From Fistulifera solaris (Eukaryota): DNA of 64,000 bases. The stretch spans positions 372,001-436,000 of the forward strand of contig AP026143.1 of the NCBI GenBank assembly GCA_030295235.1. Reading direction: 5' to 3'. A model generated the notes under the pieces. That model did not search any database and was not told the DNA's origin. It was given only the letters and a program-made list of their open reading frames with translations. This document shows, one piece after another, positions 49,657 through 61,717 of this stretch; the stretch's first letter is position 1; every line of letters begins with the position of its first letter. The position numbers and the translations under genes are program-made.

Positions 49657-50869
49657 TCAGTCCGTTTTTGCTTCTTCCGTCACGTCCTCGTCGTCTTCGG
49701 CGGGTTGCACAACATCCGCTGGAGCGGCAATATCGGGCAGACCGTTCCCATCGTCGGCTTCATCATTCACTTCAACAACAGCTGGCCTAGCCAGCGCTTC
49801 GGGTCTCCACATGGGGAATATTGAAAGAAAGAAGCTACCGATGAAAAACCCAACATCTCGCAAAAAATGCCTCCCCCCTCTCTTGTTCATTTTGTGGAGC
49901 TGGTTCAATGACTCCACCAATGAACGTATCTCTCCATCCCGGCGGTGGTTGCTCGGGGCGTTGATCCTCTGCATTGTCGGTGCCACTGGGTTCATTCCGC
50001 GGTCGCAGCGGCAAACGCTGACCCTGCGGTCGCATCCGTTGCGCATATCGTTCCAGCGCGTCATTGACTTCTTGTTCTATATCTCCCAATGTTTCCCCTT
50101 TCCATACGATTCGATGAATATACTTTTCTTGCACGTAGAATATGTAATTGACTTTCAACATTCCCGTTTGATAGAGAAATCCACCGACCACAAAAAACAC
50201 CAGCAAATGCAATCGATAAAAATGCCAGAGCCAGTCCTCGTCACCGATGTGTCTCCGACCGAGTCGAGTAAACAAGATCGACAATATGAAGACGACTTTC
50301 ACAATAAGTCCCGCATCAAAGTTGGGTGCCAATCGACGACGCAACGCCAAGAATATTTGTACTACTTGGTACAGATGCGGCACGAACGATTGTTTGGCAT
50401 GATTTGTAGGAGATGTGGTAGTAAAAGTCGTCTCGGCATTCTGTTCGTACATTTGAACTTTGTGAAACAATTCATCGATTTGGCGATTCAGTTCCTCGCG
50501 CGATGCGGGTTGTTGAATGTTGTTTTTGTTATCATTGTTTTGCAAAACAAGTTCCGTAAGATAATCCATTCGTTTGTGTAAATCCAAAATCATTCGCGTT
50601 TGTTGTTGCATCATTTGTACTAGGCGTTCTTCGCTAGACGATGAAGTTGGGGCGGGAAGCAACGACTCATTCTGTTCCATCGGAGAAATCTCAGATGCTT
50701 CTGCCGAGTTGGTTGGAATATTGGCGGTTTCTTCATTGGTGTCTTCCTGACGCAACAACTCCAACAAGGCATCACGCGAAACTGGATCTATCGGAGAGTT
50801 CTCATCAACACCAGCTTGTCGTAAAAATCGACGAATCCGTTCATCATTCGGTGGAAGTATGGCCGACAT
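49657..50869 (-). CDS. Hypothetical membrane protein (2-3 TM, coiled coil); frameshift at ~49850-49870
   Basis: ORF 49835..50869 continues into 49657..50064 (DVGFFIGSFFLSIFPMWRP). Confidence 0.6.
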
Positions 50870-51360
50870 TCTTGTTTATTGCAGTTATGATATTGAAAAG
50901 AAATACGTAGCAGTACTGTATCATCTATTCCTTTGCGCTGCAACGCAGAGTGCGACGATGACTGTGTCATCGTGACGAAAAATATGCGCGAGAGCGACGA
51001 CAAAGACAAAAAGCTATCACCTTGGAGCTTGGAATTAGGGTTAGGGATCACCGAACAACGGATTGGGTGGAGCACGGATTGCAGATAACGGTAAGTAGTC
51101 TGGAATAGAGTGTACCACGTCATCCACTATATTGAAAGGTGTAGTCTCGCGTTCTTCGAGTTTCGAAAAAGATTTACTTATGGTATGCCTCAAGGTGCCG
51201 GTTGATTATAGCCAAGCATTGACATCGAATGATGAAAACGACAAAAGTTCGGTTGCATTGCTTGCAGTTTAGAAGACAATAGTTGTTGCTTTAGTTGTTT
51301 GAAACCTTTCCTTCATTAATCGTTCTTTCATTCGCCTATCAAACAGCAACTTGAAGAAGT

Positions 51361-52992
51361 ATGTCACAAATTGAGGAGCAGGTCGACCCACCGTCGGCGC
51401 TGCCGCCGCGACGACAAGTCAGTACAATCGTCGAACCCAACGTGAAAGCCGGCCTGGCAGGCTCGACGAGTAATTTAATCAATTCGATCGTCGGGTCCGG
51501 CATTATTGGTTTACCGTACGCGTTGAATGAGTCCGGTATCGTGGCGGGCATTCTCATGATTGTGTTGGTGTCGTATTTTACCGACAAGACGTTGCGGATG
51601 ATTGTGGAATTGGCCACGTATCATCCCGATTTGTACGGCATGGGCGTCAAAACGTACGAAGATATGTTAGCAATACCGTTCGGAACAACAGGACGACGGT
51701 TTATTATGATTGCCATGTTCATTATGGCGTATGGAGCCATGATTAGTTATATGATTATTGTTAAAGATACGGTCCCGACCGTTTTAGGAATGGGCAATTC
51801 GTGGATCGAACGAGAAGGTGTCATGGTCGTCTTGACAGCGTGTACCATGTTACCCTTGAGTATGATGCGGGATATTTCGCAATTAGCTTGTACCAGTGCA
51901 TTGTCGGTCACGGCCGATGTCATTCTCGTCATTGTGTTAGTCATTGAAGCCCCCATTCAACGATCCGTGTCACAAGCGGGAGGCTTGGGTACTGTCCTTT
52001 CGGAAAATTTAATCAAACAAGGTCTTTTCGTTGGATTGGGTGTATTGAGTACCGCCATGGCATGCCAACATTCGGCATTTCTCATTTCGGGGACGTTAGA
52101 GGATCCCACCGCGTCACGGTGGGCCATTGTCACGAAACAGTCGCTCTTGGTCGCCGGAAGCCTGTCTTTGACGTTTGCGGTCATGGGATATTTGGGTTAT
52201 TTAGATGAAACGCAAGGCGACATTTTGAGAAATTTTGATCCGGAATCCACGGCCGTCAACGCGGGTCGAATATTGCTCGCCATCACCATGATATTTACGT
52301 ATCCCATGGAATCCTTTGTGTGCCGGCATGTTTTGATGCAACTGGTCTTTTCCGGTGACATGGACAATACGTCGGTCGGTTCCAATGGGGAATCGATACC
52401 CGAGTCCAAGTTCTTGGGTTGCTTGGGTCGTCGAGAAACGTGGACCTTCTATTTATATTTGGCAGCATTGATCCCAGCGATTCTACTCCGTGACATTGGT
52501 CCAGTATTGTCAATTACCGGGTCATTAGGGGCCAGTTCGGTAGCCTATATAGCGCCAGGTTTGGCCTATTTGGGTTTGCATGGTTCCGAGTTTTTAGTTT
52601 GGTCATCGCAGTCGATACCCAGTCATGACAAGGTGGACGGCGGAGTCGAATTGCCGGTGGCCGGCGATGCGACGGCCGAACTGCAAACCGAGTCAAGGGC
52701 GAGTGCTTCCTTTGCCAGAAGTCGTACCATACATCCGTGGTGGTGGTACCCGGCATTGATGCCGATGTGGACGGCGGTGGCCAGCAAGGGTGCTCTGGGG
52801 ACCAAACAGTTTGTGGAAACATATCATGCCGGGCAAGATATTAAGTCGGAGTCTGCTCCGGTGATTCGAGCACGGAAACGTGATTTGATCTGGAGTATTG
52901 TATTTATCGTGTTTGGTGTAGTCGCCGCAACCTTGGGGTTGGTGAGCAACATTGTTTTCGAGACGCGGGATATCTTTTTCTCGCCGCACTAA
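51361..52992 (+). CDS. Amino-acid transporter, AAAP/SLC38 (Aa_trans) family
   Basis: NLINSIVGSGIIGLPYA, AMACQH, FTYPMESFVCR; ~11 TMs. Confidence 0.93.
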   Translation: MSQIEEQVDPPSALPPRRQVSTIVEPNVKAGLAGSTSNLINSIVGSGIIGLPYALNESGIVAGILMIVLVSYFTDKTLRMIVELATYHPDLYGMGVKTYEDMLAIPFGTTGRRFIMIAMFIMAYGAMISYMIIVKDTVPTVLGMGNSWIEREGVMVVLTACTMLPLSMMRDISQLACTSALSVTADVILVIVLVIEAPIQRSVSQAGGLGTVLSENLIKQGLFVGLGVLSTAMACQHSAFLISGTLEDPTASRWAIVTKQSLLVAGSLSLTFAVMGYLGYLDETQGDILRNFDPESTAVNAGRILLAITMIFTYPMESFVCRHVLMQLVFSGDMDNTSVGSNGESIPESKFLGCLGRRETWTFYLYLAALIPAILLRDIGPVLSITGSLGASSVAYIAPGLAYLGLHGSEFLVWSSQSIPSHDKVDGGVELPVAGDATAELQTESRASASFARSRTIHPWWWYPALMPMWTAVASKGALGTKQFVETYHAGQDIKSESAPVIRARKRDLIWSIVFIVFGVVAATLGLVSNIVFETRDIFFSPH

Positions 52993-53103
52993 TTATCCAC
53001 AGCAAAGAATGTTAAATATGAAACTGTAAAAATTCATTTCATAAGCAGCATGTTTTATCATTGCATAATATAGATTTTTAACTTTAAACAATAAAACGTT
53101 TCG

Positions 53104-54256
53104 TCACGATTGGGACACTCCGTCGGACAAAGGCATCGTCGCTTTTGTCGTAGTTTGTATAGATTCCTTATTGGTGGCATCGGGAACGGGGGTTGTCGAT
53201 GACTTGGGCTCCGCCGTACTTTTGGATACCGTCAAAAAGGCGACTTGTTGGTCGCGTCTTTCGCCGCAACAACTTTGGATTCTGCTTTCGTCGAGGGAGT
53301 CACTTTCCGCTGCTTGGGCGTTGTCGAAGTGGCGGCTTTCTTGCGAACTTTCTCTCCCGTCGACGAAGATGTAGGCGCATCGACATGACACTGTCGCAAC
53401 GCCGTCATATACACAGGATCTTGCTGAATTTCGGGATAATCGTGTAAGAGTTTCTGCAAAATTTCTTTGGGATTGGAGTTGTCGTCTTGCAATGCCGTTT
53501 GCAGTAGCTTCGTACGTTCAAACGAACGATTGGCTTGCCGGTGGGCCGCAAAGATCTCATGTTGCAAGACGGGTAAATTGACGGCATCTGCCCGGGGAAC
53601 ACCTCGATTGACGCAGTAACGAGGCGGTTTACTTTCGTCTTCCTCTTGCACTTTTGAACTAATCCGATGCAAACCAGCACTTCGAGTACATCTTGTATTA
53701 AGGAGGGACTGTTGTTGACGGGCAAGTTGTATTCAAGCTGTCCGGCTGTGAGAGCTCCGTACAGTTGAAGTAGTGTCAGCAAGTCTCGGACAGTTTGTGG
53801 AATGATAGAATAGTCTTCCAAGTCAAAAGAGTGTTGATTGGACTGCGTTTGTGGTGTTTGTTGCGCTGGCGGCGGCGGAGTATGCGTTGAGAATCGCTGT
53901 GGCGTTTGCTTCTGTACTTGTTGAGCAGAAATTGGTTCCGTAGCTTTCCTGACCGCCGGGGTAGGATTGTTGGTTGCACTCGCATCCGAGAGCTTTCGCT
54001 TCTTCGAGACCGTCTCTGCAACGATTGTAGGTACCGTTTGTGCTGCCGCAGTAAAAGGTGGAATCGGGTCACTTTCTTTCTCCTGTTTAGGTTTCTCACT
54101 GTTGATAGTGGAACTTCCAGCGGGTAAGTCTTGCACTTTCTCTCTATCGTGTGTCTTTTGGTGTTGCTGTTGTGGATTGTCGATATTTTTTAGTGCTTCG
54201 GTGACCTTTGCAGCATCCTGCTCTCCGACTGTCTTTCCAACTGCCTCTTCCGTCAT
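53104..54256 (-). CDS. Hypothetical low-complexity protein, frameshifted
   Basis: Overlapping collinear ORFs 53405..54256, 53232..53672 and 53104..53391. A possible winged-helix-like central segment. Confidence 0.5.
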
Positions 54257-54598
54257 GTTTATTATGTCTTCGTGAAAGACTATTTCAACAGCCGCGGTTG
54301 TTGTAAGTCAGGAAATGCAAAGAGAATGATAATAACAACAAGTCTTTTTTTTGGGAGCGGCGTTACCAGCGGACAGGCGACGATGTCCCACCAGTTTTCA
54401 TTAGTTGGAAGTATTCTTTAAAGTGTAACCTACTTTTTTTACTCTACTATAGGCTAAAGTGTTCCTTCACAGCTCCCACGACTGAATTCAGTCAAGAAAA
54501 GGGTTGATTTTGCAACATCGATTACAGATCAAAGCTCAACTATTGGTAGCGTAAGAGCTATAAAACAGTTTCTTGACAATGGAAGAATGGGCTTGAGC

Positions 54599-55927
54599 AA
54601 TGACAATGGACGGATGCGAGAGACGCAAAACGGAACCCTTTGCTGTTCGGTTCATGACTACTGTACAATCCAGTCTTGGCTGGCGTAAACCTACACTCCG
54701 TCGCATAGTAGAAATTCAAGGTGTCGATCCTCGGATTATTTCGACGTGAAAAAAAAAGAAACTCTTAACAAGCAGTTCAGAATCATCATTGTTGCGTTTT
54801 TATTTACTCGTAATTATAATTATATTCGCAATTGAATGACAATGGACGGATGCGAGAGACGCAAAACGGAACCCTTTGTTATTCGGTTCATGACTACTGT
54901 ACAATCCAGTCTTGGCTGGGGTAAACCAACACTCTGTCTCATAGTGGAAATTCAAGGTGTCGATCATCGGATTATTTCGACGTGAAAAAAAAGAAACTCT
55001 TAACAAGCAGTTCAGAATCATCATTGTTGCGACTTTATTTACTCGTAATTATACTCCGTATTTATAGTTATATTCGCAATTGAATGACAATGGACGGATG
55101 CGAGAGACGCAAAACGGAACCCTTTGTTGTTCGGTTCATGATTACTGTACAATCCAGTCTTGGCTGGGGTAAACCAACACTCTGTCTCATAGTGGAAATT
55201 CAAGGTGTCGATCCTCGGATTATTTCGACGTGAAAAAAAAAGAAACTCTTAACAAGCAGTTCAGAATCATCATTGTTGCGACTTTATTTACTCGTAATTA
55301 TACTCCGTAATTATAGTTATATTCGCAATTGAATGACAATGGACGGATGCGAGAGACGCAAAACGGAACCCTTTGTTGTTCGGTTCATGACTACTGTACA
55401 ATCCAGTCTTAGCTGGGGTAAACCAACACTCTGTCTCATAGTGGAAATTCAAGGTGTCGATCCTCGGATTATTTCGACGTGAAAAAAAAGAAACTCTTAA
55501 CAAGCAGTTCAGAATCATCATTGTTGCGACTTTATTTACTCGTAATTATACTCCGTATTTATAGTTATATTCGCAATTGAATGACAATGGACGGATGCGA
55601 GAGACGCAAAACGGAACCCTTTGTTATTCGGTTCATGACTACTGTACAATCCAGTCTTGGCTGGCGTAAACCAACACTCTGTCTCATAGTGGAAATTCAA
55701 GGTGTCGATCCTCGGATTATTTCGACGTGAAAAAAAAGAAACTCTTAACAAGCAGTTCAGAATCATCATTGTTGCGTTTTTATTTACTCGTAATTACAAT
55801 TATATTCGCAATTGAATGACAATGGACGGATGCGAGAGACGCAAAACGGAACCCTTTGTTGTTCGGTTCATGACTACTGTACAATCCAGACTTGGCTGGC
55901 GTAAACCAACACCCCTAATATGGGAAA
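54599..55927. repeat. Tandem array (satellite-like), 5 full units of 235-249 bp plus a partial sixth
   Basis: aatgacaatggacggatgcgagagacgcaaaacggaaccc starts at 54599, 54835, 55083, 55332, 55580 and 55815; units are nearly identical. Confidence 0.98.
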
Positions 55928-56010
55928 TTTTTTTTACTCCGGAGTATATTAAAATCCCAATGAGACGCAATCTTTTTCCGCCTCTTAAAGGCAGCTGCCA
56001 ACAATCACAA

Positions 56011-56250
56011 ACAACCTGGTCCAGAATTTCTAGACCCATAACAGAATTTCTGTATGATTAAAACTACTCTGGTCCAGATTTTCTGGACCCAGAACAGAAT
56101 ACTGTACGTATGTCCAACAACCTCTTCCAGAATTTCTGGATACACAACAGAATTTCTGTATGATTAATAACACTCTGGTCTGGATCCAGGACCCAGAACA
56201 GAAATACTGTACGAATGATCAACAACCTGTTCCGCAGAATTTCTGGACCA
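56011..56250. repeat. Minisatellite-like stretch built from palindromic CAGAAWTTCTG modules
   Basis: ccagaatttct(a/g)ga, acagaatttctgtatgatta (56041 and ~56147), ggacccagaacagaa(a)tactgtacg twice, and aacaacct three times. Confidence 0.85.
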
Positions 56251-56443
56251 GCCACAAAATCATGATGACGTTGATTACGTCATTGCGCCGTCGCATTTCG
56301 CGTTTTTCTTTTCAATACTTGGACCCATTTCCTATTTTCAACGATTGAAGCCCTGCTCTCCCTCGAAAGTGTTCCAGCCAACAATATTTGTAAGCGATAG
56401 TAAGGCAGTCGATCAATCACTACTTCGTAGACTGCTAAAAATA

Positions 56444-57957
56444 ATGATACGGACCCGCCGTGCCGCACAACTGTTGCATTTGCATCATCGTGGTCTCTCG
56501 GCATGTTCTTTTTCGTCCGCCATCACTCCAAAGAGTATCAATCAGGATGACACAGCTTCGTCGTTGCTTCGGATGCAACGAGTACATGTAGGGAATGGAC
56601 TGCCTCCTCTTCATGATTTCGCCATTCAATCTCCGGCACACGGGGGGCACATAGTTCTTGGTCGGAATGGAACAGGGAAAAGTCGACTCTTGCAAGCCGT
56701 TTTACGTCACAACACTTCCACTACTTCTATCGAACACGTCTCGTTCGAATCGCACCTTGCTTTGTTGCAAAAAGGTGGAACCGTTTACAAAGCCCTCGCC
56801 CAAGGCAATCTTAACAAAGCCGCCCAATTTCTGATTGTCCGCTTCGGATTGTTTCCACTGTTGCATCAAGATGTACGGACCTTATCGAATGGACAAATCA
56901 AAAAGTACTGATTGTGCGGGCGTTATCGCATCGACCCGCACTGCTCTTACTCGACAATGCCTTTGATGGCTTGGATGTTGCCAGCCGCGACGTATTGAAG
57001 CAACTCGTCTCGAAAACCTTGCAGGGATTTTCACGTGATATTCTCGTGCAGGGTGTCAGTGCCCGGAATACGGCTCGGACACAAGTGGTGCAGGTCACGC
57101 AGCGTGCGGGAGAAATTGTGGATGAATTCCGTACTATGACGTTTTTAGATCGAACGGCAGACGGGAAGTGGAGAACGATAGCTCGAGATGCCATGTCGTC
57201 TCAAGAATTGCTACATTTGGCATTGCATTCCTCCTCTGTGGAACCGCCACTGCCGGACCGTGTCACTTTGGAAGGGTGGTGGCAATCGTTGCGCCCCGTC
57301 AATACGAATCATCCTATTGATGATGATTCGGCTCTACTCGTCAGGTTGAATCAATTATTCATTGAACGGAACGGAAAAGCACTTCTCAAAAATTTGACTT
57401 GGCAAATTTATAAAGGCGAACGATACATTGTCGGTGGGCTAAACGGTGCAGGCAAGTCCACATTGAGCCGGTTGCTGGCACACCGGGAAGAGGAAACGAC
57501 AACCGTCCACGGAACGATACAAGCCGTCGATGCGGATCAAGTCGGTTGGGTGTCCACCGAACGGCACATGGCGTTAGCGCATTCCAATATTAAAGTCAAA
57601 GAATTGTTTCTGATGTGTCAATTACCAGCCGTGTGGCTCGGAGTGGACCACTTGATGGAACGATCGTTTGCGGAAATTTCACAAGGCGAACAACGGTTGG
57701 TGCTCATCGCGTCCGCGATCGCGACTCGTCCGCAGCTGTTGGTACTTGATGAACCGTGTCAAGGACTGGATTTACTCCATCGACAACGTGTGTTAGATCT
57801 CGTAGAACGGATCTGTGAATCCACGGACATGAGTCTCATTTACATTACGCATCATTTGGAGGAACGAATAGAAGCGGTTCAGCATGCGTTGCACTTGGTA
57901 GAAGGAGAGATTGTTTTTTCGGGGGATTTTGCTTCATATGATCCAGATAACTTGTAA
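56444..57957 (+). CDS. ModF-like ABC ATPase with two nucleotide-binding domains; frameshift in A-run at ~56900
   Basis: GRNGTGKS..VSFESH..LSNGQ..LLLDNAFDGLD and GLNGAGKSTL..VGWVSTE..ISQGEQRL..LDEPCQGLD..ITHH. No TM domain. The Arg/Ser-rich N-terminus is mitochondrial-like. Confidence 0.85.
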
Positions 57958-58064
57958 ATCAGGTTATTGGCTAATGTTTGGTCGGGTCGACACAAAATAA
58001 AACAATTTACAGTCAACTGTAATACTCGACTACTTTACAACATACAAATTCTTTTTTCTAATTT

Positions 58065-58573
58065 TTACAGTTCATCTCTGCTAGCTATTTCTTTTGTGAT
58101 TCCTCGCACTTTCAATCCATGGCCCTCCATAGCGGTCGGCACGTCGAGCACTTTCGAATCTGAAGGCAACGGCACCCGTTTTGTGCGCGAACTCTGTCTT
58201 GTGCTTTTCGAGCTTCTCGGAAGAAACAGCGGATATCATGACCATTGTACCACATGGCTCTCTTTTGTTTTAAAGATAATGAGTAGCGGTTCGGAATTTC
58301 CATTACAGTAACGGACGGCGGTACTTCGAGATCATCGGCATCGGGCCCGAAATGTACTTTTCGTGTGTGCCGCCGTCTGGGTTGAGTTTCATATCGTTTG
58401 TATTTGTTAGATTCGAAGGGGAAGAAAGAATAAGGGTAATGTGTTGTGTGTTCCCACGCCCGCTTGGATCTTGGCGGAAGAAAGGCGTCATGTGATGTTT
58501 TATCGAAGAAGGAAACGGCATCCCAGGAATCGCCTGCCGCATGCATGTGCAGTAAAGGATCGAACCATAGCAT
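58065..58573 (-). CDS. Small hypothetical protein
   Basis: ORF with RKVHF...MWY...DIR motif. The 3' end is uncertain (probable frameshift near 58230). Confidence 0.4.
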
Positions 58574-59042
58574 TGTTACTCGACGTAGGAAGAGTAATTG
58601 CTCGTGCTATAATATGTTATAGCGAGCAGAAGAATGAACTAGCTTGATGGCGTTTGACAATTTTTATTTTGTGAGCGAAAAGGTATCCGGCGATTTTGTT
58701 TTTCAATTTTGATGGGCTTGAGCGACGAGTGACCGTTGGGCCTGTCGCATTTGTACTGCTGTTGTCAGTGTTGAAACGTGGAACCGTAAGAAAACGCGCA
58801 CATACGCTTTGTAATTGAAACGCGCTTCCGTTGAGGTCAGTATAAGCTTAAGTGTACAACGACGTCACGTCACGTGTCGAACCGCGTTAGATGTCTCAAC
58901 GTTCCCGTTGAGGTTGGGACGACAGTTGAAGCTATGTTTACTGACGGTTCCAAGACTTTATTGGAAACTTTGCAAAACGTCTTCGGAACTAAGGCGCACG
59001 TCACACATCGCAAGCATGCCTCATCCAAACTAACCTCAATAG

Positions 59043-59795
59043 TTATTCGTCTTGATCTCGCATGAATACAACTTGGCCAAACGTTTGTGAACCAAGAAAC
59101 GTCAAATACGACGGCACCTGGTCTGAGACAGGAAGGAATCGATTGCGAGCCGAGCACCAGTAATCGGGGTGAACCCATGCTGCCTTCATTTCGGCCGCAA
59201 CAAGCCAATGATCTTCGTCTATAATGGGACTACTCGGCAATATCTGATGAATTTGGCAAGCAATAAAGGCCACACAACCTTCCACACCGAAAAGCTCACC
59301 CGAAGTCTCGTGGGTTGTATCAATTTCATTCAATGAAATAGCTCGCAAACCGGGGATTCCTTGCGGAAAACGTGGCCTTTTTTGCTTTCGCGTGTTTGGT
59401 ACGGAATCTAGCTCGTGATTCTTCGACACAAAATCCGGGAATTTGCTTCCGTAGGCTCCCGAAACGGAGCCTACTTGACGTAACAATGTTTCCATGCCGT
59501 GCACGGGGACACTCAACACAAACTGTTCCCGACGCAACAAAAGAGTTGCGGAATGCCGATGTTTGTGAATACTGAACAAAAGTTTTCCTTCATTATTGGT
59601 AGCCGTCAGCCAGGATAACACCATGACATTCCGAGTGTCGCCACTGCCCGTACATAAGAAACAAACCGGATTGGGGTACAAGAGTCGGCTGAGTTCTTTG
59701 CCGTGTGTGAGTTTTGTCCACGAGGCGTGTGTGTGTTGTGGTGCATCGCTTTGTAGTGCGGCTTCCTCGGCTTGATCGCTTGTTAACTGATTCAT
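59043..59795 (-). CDS. Flavin reductase-like (split-barrel FMN-binding) protein
   Basis: SRLLYPNPVCFL, NVMVLSWL, FVLSVP, VGSVSG..KF, DHWLV, YLTFLGS. Confidence 0.78.
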   Translation of the reverse strand: MNQLTSDQAEEAALQSDAPQHTHASWTKLTHGKELSRLLYPNPVCFLCTGSGDTRNVMVLSWLTATNNEGKLLFSIHKHRHSATLLLRREQFVLSVPVHGMETLLRQVGSVSGAYGSKFPDFVSKNHELDSVPNTRKQKRPRFPQGIPGLRAISLNEIDTTHETSGELFGVEGCVAFIACQIHQILPSSPIIDEDHWLVAAEMKAAWVHPDYWCSARNRFLPVSDQVPSYLTFLGSQTFGQVVFMRDQDE

Positions 59796-60254
59796 TCGTT
59801 TAGTCTTTTTGCTGGAAATGGATCTAAACAAGCAAGCTCATTCATAATAGCGCGCAATGGTCTACAGCAAATACCGGTGTCATCCAAAAGCGCGGTCGTC
59901 GTCGTGTAATATTATAGGCGTTTTTGTTTTTCTGTTCAAGGACTCGTGACCCGCAGTCACGATCTAAGCGGGTATGATTTGCGGGACTGCATGATTTTTG
60001 TCGCGCCCGCCTGCTTCAACCTTCAACATTTTCAAGATACACTTCGCGAATACTGTGGCTTAGATAGTACCTCGTACCAATGAAAATTACACTTTTCGCT
60101 ACAGTGAATTGAGAATTTAATTTTTCGTCTCGCAGTTTCGCAAACTCACAACAGCTCGTTTTTTTCCTCCAACACTCTCCATCCACGATCATTGGCCATT
60201 TGCTGCGTGTGATTCATCGCTTTAACTACCATACAAACGTCTCACATCTTCAGC

Positions 60255-61287
60255 ATGAGATTCCTTTATTTGCCTTTTTACTTATTGCTAGCCTCGCCGA
60301 CTGGCGCGCTGCAACAACCCACTCCGACGACGACATTCACCAAAGCGTGCGCGTCGGTCGCTTTGTGCACTTCCCTATTGACGCAAACGGCTCTCCCGGT
60401 GGCGGCCGACGATGGAGCATCCATTCGCGTCGAAGTCAATCGTCCTTATATTGTCGAATTGCTGCGCAACAAACAAGAACGACAGGCCTATGTCGAGAAG
60501 CTGCAATTTGTAGCGGACGGTGCTAAATACGTCTTGGAACCCATCGTAAAGGTAGAATTGCCGACCAATACGAAAGATTTCGTCAAAGACGCGTTGCGGG
60601 GGAAAGCGGACGTTAAAGTCAATGGTTTGGATTTTGCGGTCAAAGTCGTCGCCTCGGAAAAAGGATCCGTCACGGTCCAACTGTCCAGTGATTTGTTGCC
60701 GCGACTGCCGGTCGTAGGACTGCCCGGGACATCTCCGGTCGTCAACGCGGCGTCGGAAGCAGTTTCCGAAGCCGTTTCGGATTCCACGCCGGTCGTGTTG
60801 GATTTCATGCAACGCGTGCAGGCCGCACGGCAACGACAATTGCAACGACCGCCTTTTTGGACGACGCCCATCAATGCGGAGAAGGTGCGATTGGATCTGT
60901 CTCTGGGAACCAAAGAAATTCATCGGGCTATTACACCACTGGATATTGCGGGAGTTGCTTCACTGGGGAGTAGGAGCAGCCTATGGGGCTTCGTATTGGT
61001 ATTATTTGGAGTTACAAAGTGCGGAAGAACGAGCATCGGCCGAAAAGAAACAGAAAGCTGCCGAAAAGAAAAAGAAAGCGCCAGCAACAGAAGCTGTTGT
61101 TGAAGCCGCAAAGCCACTCAAACCCGCTGAGGTGAAAAAGGCGCCCAAGAAAGTTGAGAAGAAGGAGAAAATCGAAGTCGCTGCTGCAACCAGCACAGTC
61201 GAACCACCACTCCTGCAAACGCGTGTCCGACGATCATTTGGTCAAAAGAAGCTAGGATTTGTGAGGAGATTGTTCAAAAGGTCTTAA
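60255..61287 (+). CDS. Uncharacterised signal-peptide protein with one C-terminal TM and Lys-rich tail; frameshift at ~60965
   Basis: ORF 60255..61103 joins 60874..61287 (GVGAAYGASYWYYL) across a G-run. Confidence 0.6.
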
Positions 61288-61717
61288 TCCATTAATGAAT
61301 TATTCAATTCTATCAATTTGTTAAGTTTAGGTCTACTGAAATGCACTTTGCATGGAATCGTCCAAGGGATCGAGACTCGGTTAGGGATCGCGAACTCTAT
61401 AATAAATCCGAGTTTACGCAAGAACTAGCACCCTGATGTTTAGCTTTTCTTACTTCATTCGCAGCTAGTCGAGAAAGCAAAGTGCTCTCAACTGCGTTGC
61501 TGATGAAGACTGCCTGTTCCAATACATTATCTTCTCAACAAAGCCTCCAAACGTGTTGGCTTCTAATTTCACTGTGAGCCGAAGTGTATATCACCTTTTT
61601 CACGACTGCATTTTAGTCATGAGTGACAATAACGCAAAAAAATGCAGCCGCGCAATAAATAATGGATTGAGCACCAAAGGCCAAACAATAAAACCTTGCC
61701 TTATTATTGATCATGAA

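Noticed and set aside
49628..50581. Long + strand ORF (317 aa) and similar antisense ORFs such as 31640..32254 and 28014..28682
   Set aside because: These are antisense shadows of better-supported genes, with no recognisable motifs.
51035..51046. TTAGGGTTAGGG telomere-like dimer
   Set aside because: Only two units; compatible with chance.
54599..55927. CRISPR array, or repeated 74-79 aa ORFs in the tandem array
   Set aside because: Whole units are near-identical with no unique spacers and no cas genes. The ORFs are by-products of the repeat and are broken in some units.
46776..60110. Weaker matches to the repeat core (46778 cactatagcttag; 60089 acacttttcgctacagtgaatt)
   Set aside because: Too short and degenerate to count without a profile search.
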